From assembly GCA_964036045.1 (NCBI GenBank), contig OZ038378.1:175522001-175586000 (forward strand): 64,000 nt of DNA, in the 5' to 3' direction. The notes below the pieces were generated by a model. That model was not told the origin of the DNA and searched no databases. It saw only the letters and a program-made list of their open reading frames with translations. This stretch comes from Eutreptiella sp. 'Long Island Sound 2002'. Its lineage: Eukaryota > Protista > Euglenida. Below are positions 37,502 through 49,167 of the stretch, one piece after another; position 1 is the first letter of the stretch, and every line of letters begins with the position of its first letter. A program made the position numbers and the translations under genes.

Positions 37502-38749
37502 ACATGGCAACTGTCCCCAGCGAGGGGGCAGGGATGAGGTACCATGGCACGCAGGGTGGGGGATGCCCACGAGGAGGGATGCAGCAGTCCGCTGCCACAT
37601 GCCCCTCCGATACTCCAACAAGCCTGCACTCCCACCTGCACACACAAAGTCATGCCTGTCCTTCCTCGGACATCCACTATCTGCTGACCCACACTGGTTT
37701 TCCTCAATGAGCCGATTTCCTGTGAATGCATGCCTGCCTCACCACCAAGTGATGGTTCCGCTGCGTGGCGGGTAGCAGGTGACCAAAGCACGGTCTAAGG
37801 GGATCACGCAACGACAGACTTAGTTCCCTCCCGTCGGTCCATGCCGCATTTTGCGGAGATACATGAATGAAGGCAAACCCAGGCCATCAACAATAAGTGT
37901 GCCAAAGTCCGTTGCTCGGGTTGGAGGGGGTCCAAATTGCATCTCCACAATCGCTCCCACCTTCAGGCAGCAATTCTGCCCCCAAGTATTACCACCCTGA
38001 TCCTCAACCCAATGAGCCCATGCATGTATTTTCTAAAATACAGCCTGTGGGTGCCTGCGTGCACAGTCCAGAAACTGTATCTGGTCTGGATCAATTAGTG
38101 ATCATTTCTTCCAATTGTCCTGTGCCTACTAGATGAGGTGTTCATGCTGCATGCAACACACAAACATGTGAAGGAGGGGGTTCCACCCCGATGCGCATTC
38201 CACAGGAAGCGGGAGTTGAATGCAAACGCAAGCTGAAGAGGCACTAAATGTTGATCATCAGATGGATGTATCCACATGACAAACACAGCTGGAACACCAC
38301 AGCACAGCCAGCATCAGCAAAACCGGCAGCAGACCAACACACTCTGCCAGTCAGATTGCACAAGCACGTGTTTTGGGAAGTTTGTGGTGAGCTCCAAGTG
38401 GTGGTGGTTGGTCGGAGTTCGGCGTAATTTTCCCTCCCACAGTTTGTCCTTTTTGCAACTAAATACCCTACGAATCCATGTCCATCGCCATCTCAACAGC
38501 AAAATAAAAAAACGATAGTCCGAACACTTGGGAGAAAGGTGCTCAGCACATGCAAAATTGTGAAGAGCAGCTGTGATTTTGCCACAGGGCCCCCTCTATT
38601 CAGATGCCCAACCCCCCCTTGGGGGGCTCCAGCTACCATTTTGGTCGCCCCACGATTTTTTGACATCCACAGGCATGTGGATTCTGTTGTTCCTCCCAGA
38701 TGAGGATACTCAAAAATGATGAAAATGGTTGTGGCAACCCACAAATGCT

Positions 38750-38935
38750 ACTTGCACTGCACTTTGGCCCCCCCAAGACGGCAGGGGATACGTAGCCACT
38801 TTGATTCCGCCCTGCCTTGGGGCCTCAAGACAGTAGGCATTATGCAGCCGCTTTGATTCCACCCCACTTTGCCCCCCACCCCCTCCAAGACGACAGGGTT
38901 TGCGGAGGCATTTTGATTCCACCCACTTTGGGGCT
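38750..38935. repeat. Degenerate minisatellite, ~52-60-bp unit, 3-4 copies
   Basis: caagac at 38774, 38826 and 38886; ttgattcc at 38801, 38853 and 38913. Confidence 0.75.
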
Positions 38936-39677
38936 CACGCAACTGCTGTGATGCTTGCTTAGGTCTGGATTTTGGCAGACTCTTCTCGGAAAAGAGGCCA
39001 GGGTTGGGTGGCAAGTGGTATCATCTTGCATTCCCAGAATTGACCCGGGGCCGCATGTCCTTAAACACAATCAAACCAACACAAATCCCCCCCCCCCCCC
39101 CGCACACTCGCTGTGTAACACTTGGTGGCCCGAACTTTTCTGGCTCTGTGTTTCCCACATCAGTGGCGGTGAGCATTCTCCAAGCTTTCACTGTGTTGGG
39201 AAAGACTTCGCATGCGAAAGGGATGGCATGGGGCAAGAAGCAGCACCTGTGAGCAGAAGAACAGCTGTCCCACTCCAGCCTATACCAAACATTTGTTGTC
39301 ACGCCATCTGTGGACAAACAATGTAAAGAGTTTCCTCCTGAAAGCCCAAACCAGTGTGTACACCCAGAAACACCTGCCGGCACATTTACTGAGCCGTTAT
39401 GCCCCCTGCACCCCACCCTACACACACACATAATGCACTGCATTTCAAGGGGACACACACACACACACACACACCTCCACGCAGGGAAGCACGGGAGAAC
39501 GGACTAGGGATGTGGGACGCGGTAGGAGCACGAGCCCCACTCCCTCTTGTTGCATGTTGCGTGTCATCTCAACCCAGTTCCTGAAGCTCGGCGACAGCAA
39601 CCAAACAGCAGAACACATGGTTTCGTCGCATCATTGTTGAACCTCGCAGTTTGAGCATGATTTGAAAGATTTGCGCG

Positions 39678-39678
<1 letters not shown>

Positions 39679-39738
<60 letters not shown>
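39679..39738. repeat. Compound (CA)n-(GA)n microsatellite
   Basis: Read directly from the sequence. Confidence 0.97.
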
Positions 39739-40596
39739 ACTGCCACAGGCACGAACAGAGCATGGATTGAATCACCCCCAACGCGGGGCAATTGGCACAA
39801 AAAGTTGGCACACGCACACCTCCCTTACCCCCACAGAGTCCAGAGAGGGTTCTTCGCGCACGGTGTGGGCACGCGGTGCGTTGCAGCAGGACTGACGTAG
39901 AACGATGGTAACAAGAAATGTTGCAAAAAGCGGTCATATGGCACTGAATAGCAGCAATGGGTGGTCAATTCCTTTGCTTGGGTAGAAACAGCTTTGTTGC
40001 AGCCCCAGGGCTATTTGCGTGTGGTTTCTTCGTCGGCAGCCGGGGGCATTGTAGGCCACCACGTCCCTGTCTGTAATAAGGGTGTAGTACATTGGTAAAT
40101 GATGCGTCTACTAAAACGCGCGGTGTGCACTGCGATTGAGGCACTCTCAGAGCCCTAGCACCAGAACCCCAGCAAACAGTTGGCAGGGGTGGGAAAGGAG
40201 GGACGGATATGGACAAGTGCCTCAGTGGCACCAGGAACTGAACGCCATATGGAGCTCGAAGTGGACAGAAGGTGACAAAGGCTGTGAGGCAGGGGTGCAG
40301 GTGGGGACCTGGGGGTAGCAGCATCAAATTGGTCGCATAAGTCGGCCAAGGCTCCAGCTGCACCAGCCACAGCCAGTGCCACCGCCACTGCCACAAATGC
40401 ACCAACCAGGCACCAGAGCAAATCCAGTAGTGCCGCTCCGTAAGCGCCGTGCTGGGGAGATGGATGCTTCTTTAGGCCCCCCTATCCTCACATCCTTCCT
40501 GATCTCTCTACTCCTCTCCTTTTCGCAGCCCTTTGCTGGTGTCTCTGTTCCGCGCCCCTCTCACCATGCGAAAGTAGTTGCAGCCCGACCCCCCCC

Positions 40597-41778
40597 ATGC
40601 AGTCATACCTGCAATACCCTGGCCCCATGGGCCCACAGAGTGACACAGGGTCCATCTACGGATCGGAGTGGTCGGCGCTGCCACTTGGCCACCACCCAGA
40701 CATCACTGTGTGCCCCATGCCGCCCCAGCTGGGCGCTTACCCCCCCATGGGCCCCTGGTCCGGAGCGACGCCCCGCTCCCAGAGTCCGTACCACACCCCT
40801 CGCTCCATGAGCCCCCACCCGCAGCTCCAGCCCAACGGCCCGTTCGGCGCACCCTCTCCAACGGAGGACGGGCTTGGCGCCCCCATGCCCCCCCAAAACC
40901 CGTTTGCCCTGCCGCACGCAGGGCCTGCCACACCGCGGTCTCACAGCCCGCGCCCCACGCCCCGCCCCCCATCCCCCTACCAGTCGCCCCGGCCGATCAG
41001 CCCACGCCTCCAACAGCACGTCCCCCCCCCCGCCCCCTACGCCACGGGCCCCGCTGTGCCACTACCGCACACCGGGTACGTCCCTTTTGTCGTGCCCCAT
41101 CGCGGTCCCGGTCCCGGTCCGGGCCCACAGAATCCGGACCTGCACAGTCCGCGGCCGCGCAGCCCTCACCGCCCGTACTTCCCCTCGGAATTCCCCTTCG
41201 ACGCTTATGACCCTCATGCCTCGGAAGCGCGCTTCCCCGAATACCAGCGATTCTCCCGCGGACAAGCGAAGGCGAAGGGGAAGGGCGGCAAAGGATATCC
41301 GCAGCCGCGCCAGTCCCCGCACCGCCGCCCCCCCCCTCACAACCAAGGCCACCATCACGACTGCCCGTATGCCCTCGCCGCCGACGAGATGGGCCGCAGC
41401 CGCAGCCGCAGCCGCAGCCCCCGCGTCCCCCACCCCCGTGACTATGACCACCGCCACCACCAACGGGGCCGAAGCCGCAGCCGCAGTCCGCATCACCCAC
41501 AGCGACCGCCGCGCAGCCGCAGCCCCAGCAGTCGTGGTCGGAGCCGCAGCCGCAGTCGCAGCCGCAGTCGCAGCCGCCAGGACCCCAATTGGGCGCCTCA
41601 CGTGGTGCCCCCCCGTCCCCGTTCGCCCTACACGGAGTACATGCAGAGGCATCGGGAGTATCCCCACTGGGATCCAGAGGCGGAGCTGCCTCACTGGCCA
41701 CGACAGCGGGACCTGTCTGCCGAGATGCGCCGCCGGCAGCACAGCCGTGCCCGGCAAACGGAGGACATGTACAGTACG
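40597..41778 (+). CDS. Pro/Tyr-rich and Arg-Ser dipeptide (RS-domain-like) low-complexity protein, main exon
   Basis: Long GC3-rich ORF with SP/TP repeats and RSRSRS runs. A pyrimidine tract plus cgcag acceptor lies at 40495-40528 upstream. Probable phase-0 donor ACG|gtgtgt at 41778/41779. Confidence 0.7.
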
Positions 41779-43533
41779 GTGTGTTGCCGGGATGCGGGAA
41801 ATGGGGACCCTGTCAATCACTGCGGTCACGCCCTCTGCCTCACTGCGCATTCCCCAGCCACACGGCACCGAGGGGGGGGGTGATGCCCGTATGAATGGTG
41901 TCTGCTCATCCGTCCCCCCCCCCCTTCTTCTGGCGCGACAACCTTGCGCCACAATCTGTGCCATCCTAAAACGGCTTGTCCGACGACCACCCGCCGGCGC
42001 TTTTTTACCCTTAAACGCTGTTGAGCAGTCAACACGCGTTGAGGGGGCAGCGGGGGCCTCCGCCTGCACCCCATTTCTGGGGAGAGGGGCTGTGCCATGC
42101 CATTCAGAATTGTATCTGTTGTTGATGACGTTCTGCCTCCGAGTGCACCCCAGCCATGGCTTCGGTGGCTGTATCCGGCATGGCTAAGCACAGGATCCCC
42201 GTCTGACAGTCGTTTTCGCTGACCCGACCTGACCTGCAAGCCGCGGGCAGGTAATGGCGCAGCACAAGGAGAGGCTTAAGACTCATTTCTGATTGGGCTA
42301 AATAGAGGGTCGTGCAGCAATAGAGGGCCTCGTTCAGGCAGAGAGACAATCCACGGCACCGCTTCAAAGGATTCTGAACCGTCCTCCGAACGTCGTGTGG
42401 CCCGGCCGTTAGGGCACATAACGCCTGGCCAAGAGGCTCCAGGCTCGGTACCCAGGTTGGGCACAAGCGGACGCAGCTGTTCTAGTCGCCTGCGCGTCAT
42501 TGCTCCTGTCAGCCGCGGTTCGGTGAGGGACAAGGCGCAACACACAGCTGGCGTCGACAGATGGCCAGGGCACTTCGGCGTGGGGAGTGGATGCCATGGG
42601 GATGCGGCAATCGGGTGCAGGGGGAATGTCAGTCCACTTTGACGCACAAAAGTGTTTTTTAACTCCCCCTCCGATCAACGGAGCACTGGACACCGGTTGT
42701 GCATCACGTTCACCATCCGGCCTTCATGGAACGCCCCCTCCCCCCAGCTTCCGTGTCCCCATGGTGACGGTTGCTATCACGCTCACCACGCCCGCCACAC
42801 TGTGCGAAGCGGCACAGAGATCCGCAGGGCTTCTCCTGCCCCCCGCGTGTCCAGCACCCGCCACCTCCCGTACCACACAGAGCAGTCAGACGGGGGGGCT
42901 TCTCTTCTGCTTGGAGGGGGGCTGAAGGGGTTATGGAGTAGGGTTACCTGCGTCCCAGCGACAGAGGGACCCAGCGTGCGAGGACTCCATGGCATCGTCT
43001 GTCGCTCATCCATAGCAGATGATCCATAGCCCCAGCTGGGCCCTGTGCCCCGTGAGCACTGGGGCCCTCCCTGCGATGCACGTCGTGAGAGCAACAATTC
43101 ACGCTGTCAGCAGGAAAAGTGTGCCAAGTTATGCCGTGGTACTTTAAAGCCATTTTTCTAAGTGTCATGATTAGCCCTCTTGGCACACATATTTCCGTTG
43201 TGCCCAACAGCCTCCAGGAAATAAGAGCCACCATCTAGTAGCCGTAACAAATAACAGCAACCAACCAAAGGCCCAAAGTAAAGACCAACCACCATTCGCA
43301 GTGTATGCTTGTTCTTGTGCCACAATCTGAGAGTGCTGCAAAATTTCCAGTGGTATTTAAGAATTGGTGCCAAATTCTCTCCGCACCAAATTTCGCCATT
43401 TCAATTTTCGCATGTTCCTAAATTTCCCTCCCCGGTATTCAACCACCCAGCCTGAGCGTATCCTGCAAGTAGTAGGATCCACCTACAGCTTTCCCAGACT
43501 CTTTTTTCCCACTGCTTTGACTTTGTTTCTCAG

Positions 43534-43782
43534 TGGAATGGTCGGGGACAGGCCTATCCGTGTTCGTCCTCCGGAGTGCTATACGATGACGTGTCCCAAA
43601 CGACCTCGCACGTCTCATTTTATGAGCCGGGGGCAAATTCAGGGCGCGTGAGATTCACCGACGACTTCGATGATTTTGATATGCCTCCTGTGCGGCTATG
43701 GCCGCCAGGAGAACCCAGCACTCCCCCAATGCCCCCAGCCCCTGTGACGGTGCCCCCGAGGGAGGGAGATTGGGACTTGTAA
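43534..43782 (+). CDS. Probable terminal exon of the RS-rich gene
   Basis: ttgactttgtttctcag|TGG acceptor, phase 0. Reads WNGRGQAYPCSSSGVLYDDVSQTTSHVSFYEPG...REGDWDL*. Intervening exons in 41.8-43.5 kb are possible. Confidence 0.5.
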   Translation, partial: WNGRGQAYPCSSSGVLYDDVSQTTSHVSFYEPGANSGRVRFTDDFDDFDMPPVRLWPPGEPSTPPMPPAPVTVPPREGDWDL

Positions 43783-44304
43783 TGGAACTGTAATTGAACT
43801 GACTGGAATTGACTGACCCCTGGCAGTTGATCTGGTTGGGCAAAGTGGGGAGGGGTGGCGGACAAGGGTACACCGCCTCCTCTTGGCCCACCATCCTCTC
43901 GCCAATGTGGGTCAGTGTGTGGTCTTTCGTGTCGGGTCAGTGTGTGTCAGTGGGTGGAAGTTTGGTCTTTCGCTCATGACCCAAAATAAGACCGATGCAA
44001 TGAGGTCGATAAATGGTGCGCACTCAAACAAAAAAAAAGAAAGCGTTGCGCATTGGGGGCTGTCAGGCGCGCGTTTGGTGCTTGGGGGGCATCCAGGGCG
44101 CATTGCAAGTACCCCACCCCCCTCTTGCGAGAATCACACCCTTGTTAGAACAACGGTAGGTGCTGGTTGTGCAGCTTTTGGAACCATGAGTTAGTTTGCC
44201 CTTTATAAATACCCCCCTCCCCCCTTGTCAGAACAACTCTCGCTGTTGTCTCCATTTGCTCATTACTTTTGGCATGGCTTACCTCTGATGCACTTCGCTC
44301 ATCT

Positions 44305-45060
44305 ACCACCCCTCCACCCTCGCATAGCAATCGCCCCTGCATAGTAAGCGGGGGGGGGAGGGGCGAGGGAACCATCACTTTCTGTTTTGCAAATTTAAAT
44401 TTACTCAGAAGGTCGGATACTGAGCTTCTCCTGTGCATTTGCTGGCTGGACAAGGTGGTACTATTGGTGCATTGCTGTGGATTTCAGATTTCTTGCATCC
44501 AAGGCATTTCAGTGTTTCGCAATTTCAGCCACGGATGTTGATCATATTGACACGTACCCAGCTGGTGCTGTTGTCAAATTCCAACCTTCTGGGGGCAGTA
44601 TTGTGCCTGCCAAGATTGTGCTTGCCACAGGGGCTGGAGCCCACTGCCTAGCCCCCTGCCAAGCCTGCTCCCAAAGCTACCAAACCTCGTGCGAACCCCT
44701 CAACCAAGAGTGCAGCCAAACTTGCTGCCCAGGTGGCAGCCAAGTCTGCAGCCGGAGAGCCCATTCTTGTCGCCCCTGTTGAGCATGTGCAGCTCTTCAG
44801 AGTCAAATACCCTCCCCAGAAAAAGTGGCACACAGAGCCTATTTCTGAGCAGAACTTAACATGCATCCCAACAGGCCGTTCCTGGCTCATTTTGTGGTTC
44901 ATATGCCCTTGTGTCTGCATGACTGGTTTCGTGTCGCGCATCCTTTGCATAGTAATGGGGGGGGGGGGGGCGAGGGAACCATCACTTGGGGTTTGTTCCC
45001 TCGGGGGAGCAAGGATTCCGTCGCGCGCAGGCGATTACTATGCAAGGGGGGGAGGGGGTA
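44305..45060. mobile_element. Non-autonomous TIR element, copy A (with ~220-bp extra insert)
   Basis: Left ccctcgcatagcaatcgcc is approximately the reverse complement of right ggcgattactatgcaaggg. The internal direct repeat gcatagtaa-Gn-cgagggaaccatcactt occurs twice. Colinear with 47915-48465. Confidence 0.75.
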
Positions 45061-45227
45061 ACATGATATAATCCAATGTGACCTTACGCAGCTTCATGAG
45101 TCCACCACTTGTGCACTCACCTCTCTTGGTTTTCCCTTCGTGTTGCTTCCATTCACTTGAAAAAGTGCAACCAAGCTAAGAACATGCATGCCAATGCCAA
45201 CATGCTAACCCATAGGGGGCGCACTTA

Positions 45228-46064
45228 GCGCAATGCGCGCACAGCGCAACTATTTGGGCATTTGGCCGTACTAGAAACCCATCATTTGTGATACTAGGGG
45301 CATTATTGTTGTTTGAGGGTAGGTTTTGATGCTTCCACATTGGGGATATGTCATTTTTGGATTTTCACCCAATTTCACCCATTTCCACACTTTTCCACAC
45401 TTTTTTTGCTCATTTCCACCACATCCACTCTTTTCTAGGTTGATTTCTTTCCATGGGGACCCCGAGAAGGCACGGGTGATGTCGCCATTTTGATCTCTCC
45501 CTGCCATAGGGACCCCAAGGAGGCAACCCCTCTTAGTCCTCTCAACCCCCGTTGACTTCGCAATCTCAACCCCCATCCGATTCTAACCACAAGGGAAAGG
45601 AGAGAGCCAGTTCTTTGCAACCTAAACCACCTGCCAAAAAAAACCAAGAAAAGGAAGCACCCCGATGAACCTCGAACATTCACTGAGGAGGAGGTGGCAA
45701 AAATAAACAAACAAATGGGAGATAGGATCCTTGAGATGTTGCTCCATACACATGAGAAAATCATTGACCCTCTTGACCCTCAACCAGATGGTGTTCACTG
45801 GTGGATTAGGCGTTGCGGTGGATTTGAGTCATTGAGGCTGCGAATTAGTTATATGCCTATTGATGTGGGGCGGCAACCATCGCCGTTCATGGTTTTTCCC
45901 AGTGTGCATGATGTCTTGTGTGAAGGGAAGGTAGCTTGCAACAGTCTTGAGCTAGGGTAGTCTGGATCACCTAATTTTGTGGGCATTTGGAAGGGGTGTG
46001 CCTGGGGGCTCTTCGGGGGGGGGAACCTGGTTTAAAAGTAGCGCACAGTGCGCGCGCAGTGCAA
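45228..46064 (+). mobile_element. Direct-repeat-bounded element, copy 1
   Basis: Left gcgcaatgcgcgcacagcgcaa and right gcgcacagtgcgcgcgcagtgcaa. Arms are shared with 52124-52783. Internal open frame 45556-45960. Confidence 0.65.
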
Positions 46065-46849
46065 GGACGCCCCCAGAGGACACAATTCTTATTTGATGTT
46101 GTGGCCAGCCTGCTGTAATGTCGTTCTGGGACACTCCCGTTGCCAACCCAAGGTGTGTACTGGGTGCGGAATGGAAACATTGCGCAAACCAGCAGATCTT
46201 CTCAGCACAGGGCACAGTTTTTTGACCATCAACATAATGCAGACTGCAGCCCTTTCATGAACCTCTGGATTATTGATTGGTTGCATGAGCACAGGACACA
46301 ATGTGAGTGTGTATTTGCAGTCTGTATATGCATGCAGGTGGAGGGGTACAGATAAAGGGAAATTATTGGCCCCCAAAGGCAAGCCAGCAGCCCCAAAGGC
46401 AAATCAGAGGCAAGCAAAAGTGGCCCCAGCAGCATTAACTCAACCAAGAGACAATGAAGGGTGATTGGTCAGAGAGTCATGGGTCAGAGGGTTATCAATT
46501 AACGAGTACACCACCCGACACATGGCAGTGGTTAGTTGATATCATATTCTGGTGCACCCCCTCTGAAACCATTGTAGCCATCTTGCAAATCTAGTGTAAT
46601 GCGAGAACTAGGATCACGCAAAGCTGCTTTATATCACCTCTTGAACTCCCTATTTTGCATGGCGAACCCCCTCTGTTTCAATGGTGCATCATTCTAATAC
46701 GCCATCCTGCTGGTTGTGGCTGGGATGCACCAGACCTCAGCATCCAAATGTTTGAAATTGACCAACCCACCCATCCCCCTGCACAGGGTAACCCAGGGTA
46801 ATCAGCCTTAAGAAGACTGGTGCCACCAGCAATGTGTGGTGTGGACTAC

Positions 46850-47345
46850 TACTGTGGTGTGGACCACGGCAGCAAGACAGCACACCCAGCACCACAACAG
46901 CACACCCAGCAGAGAAACAACACACCCAGCACCACAACAGCACACACAACACCAAAGCAATGCAGCCGGGACCAAAACAGCACATGCGGCACCACAACAC
47001 CACAACCAGCACCAAAACAGAGCAGCCAACACAACACAGCGCCACCGGCACCAAAGTAGCACAGCCAGCACAGAAACAACACACCCAACACCAGCAACAG
47101 CACACACCCCATGGAAACACCACAACCAACAACAAAATGCATGGCCAGTACAGCAAAGCCACAACCAGCACGAACAAAACAGCGAAGAGCAATGGCGAAA
47201 AACAGCGACCAAGAGCAAGCAGCCACCCACATCACACAAACAGTAGACAGCAAACAAGCAGCCAGACAAGCAGCAAGCAGGCCACAAGCAGCAAGCGACA
47301 AGCGGCAGGCGAGCAGCCAGCAGCACAACCCACAACACTGCCACC
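46850..47345. repeat. Low-complexity C/A-rich degenerate minisatellite (cacacccagcaccacaacag-like)
   Basis: Repeated cagcacacc and caccacaac motifs generate spurious Q/H/T-rich and C/V/L-rich ORFs on both strands. Confidence 0.85.
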
Positions 47346-47914
47346 CTGTTAGCCCCTAGGTACATGCTGCACGGCTACTCTCACCCTAGGGAAGTGCCCC
47401 CCTCTCCTTCCAGCCCCCCCTTCCCATTCTGCCCCCTGGGGCAGCGCCCCCGCCCCTTTCTCCCCCCCCCCCCCCCATTTGAAGCCTGGGATGTTCCTGG
47501 TTTGGGTTTGGGGGTCCCGTTATTGGAGCCTTTTGGGAGTGGAGTCGAGCCAACAAATGAACCCCCTGACCCCCTAAAGTGAAAGTCCGAGCAACCCAAT
47601 ACTGGCAGTGCGACCGACCACCAAGGCTTTGGCGCTCTGCATTTTATGTGCCTACAGACCTAGAAGTGCAGAAGCGACCACTTGACCCACACTGAGGGGG
47701 GGAGAAGGGGGAGGAGGAAGAGGAGCCGTGACTCATGGTCACCAGGCCAGCAGAGCTGCTCCATCTTGTGGGTCCCAAGGCCGTCTCACTTGTCTCCACC
47801 TCAGGTCTTTTTCTTGGAAATTTTGTGAAAGAAGATGCAATGGGGGTAGGTTTGTGTTTTCAGTGCCTTTTGAGATTGTTGACTCACTGCTGACCCATAT
47901 GTACCCCCCCCCCC

Positions 47915-48465
47915 CCCCCACCTCTTGGATAGCAACCGCCCTTGAATAGTAACCGGGGGGCGGAGGGAGGGGGCGAGGGAACCGTCACTTGCACTTTTTC
48001 AAATTAACTGAGAAGGTTGGATATTGAGCTTCTCCTGTGTGTTTGCTGGTTGGACAAGGTAGTATTATTGGGGCATTGCTGTGTACTTCAAATTTCTTGC
48101 ATCCAAGGCGCTACACTGTACCTTGTATCATGCAGAACACTTAGGTTTTCGCAGCTTCAGCCATGGATGTCCATTCCAGTGGCCCCTGTTGAGCATGCAC
48201 ATTCAATGTCAAATACTCCAAAAAAAGTGGTACACAGAGCCTGTCTCTCAGTAAAGCTGAACATTCATCCCAACAGGCAGTTTCCGGGTCTTTTTGTGGT
48301 TCATATGCCCTGTGTTTGCATGTTTTGCTTCGTGTCATGCGTCCTTTGGGTCACCCGGGGGGGGGGAAGGGGGGCGAGGGAACCGCCACTTTGGGTATGT
48401 TTCCCCTGGCTTGTGAGGATACCGTTGTGCGCAGGTGGTTACTATTCAGGAGGGGAGGGAGTAGT
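47915..48465. mobile_element. Non-autonomous TIR element, copy B (same family as 44305-45060)
   Basis: Shares long blocks with copy A (agaaggt.ggata.tgagcttctcctgtg; gcccctgttgagcatg; ttgtggttcatatgccct; ggggcgagggaacc) and has similar inverted termini. Confidence 0.75.
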
Positions 48466-49130
48466 ATGCCCCAACACAGCCCATGAGCCCAGGGGCAAAA
48501 GGCAATGAGCTGGGGAGTGGGACCACCTCAGCGCAGGCATTACTGAGTCCGAGTCCATGCCAGAGTGTCATGCACCCCAAGCATGCATCCGCTACAGTGA
48601 CAGCGATGGCAGAGCTTGGGAACAGAGGGATGGACGGGCACAGGGGATCGAGCCAAAGATAACAGCATGACTGATCAGGACTTGACTACGAATCATTCTG
48701 CCTGGAGCCATAACTTGATGGACAAGCAGCGATGAAGGTCATTAAGCTGGAGCTACGCACTTGGCAGCACAGTTGAGTTGTCAGGCTTTTCCGAAGCATT
48801 GCATGTGTTAGCCCAAGCGCCTTGAGGGACGGCATCACGCTGACACCTCCTGTGGTTTGGTACTGTTCTAACTCCGAGGATTTGTGTGCAACGTTTGCAT
48901 CTTTACTGCGTGTTCGGTAACCATCCCCCTTGTTCACCTTTCTGCATCTGAGGGTGTTTGGAAGGCCTCTTCACTTTCTGCCCATCAGCTCGCCATTATG
49001 ATTTCACATTCATTGCCACCTCTGTGGTATGTAAGCCCAACCATTCCTGAAGTATCTCAGTATCAATGACCACAGTAATTACGTACATGGCTTAGGCTTA
49101 CACACGGGGCGGGTATTTTCGGGGCGTCCA

Positions 49131-49147
49131 ATTTTTTTTTGGCGCAG
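49131..49147 (+). promoter_or_regulatory. Putative (trans-)splice acceptor 20 nt upstream of the ATG at 49168
   Basis: T9 tract plus ggcgcag|. No upstream exon is needed for the ORF. Confidence 0.45.
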
Positions 49148-49167
49148 ACCTCTCTGCATCGGGAAAT

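Noticed and set aside
40603-42187. Long overlapping Ala/Gly-rich ORFs in other frames and on the minus strand (also over the RAP and 509-aa genes)
   Set aside because: Shadow ORFs caused by high GC and codon bias of the real genes.
46808-47365. Q/H/T-rich and C/V/L-rich ORFs on both strands
   Set aside because: Explained by a low-complexity C/A-rich repeat.
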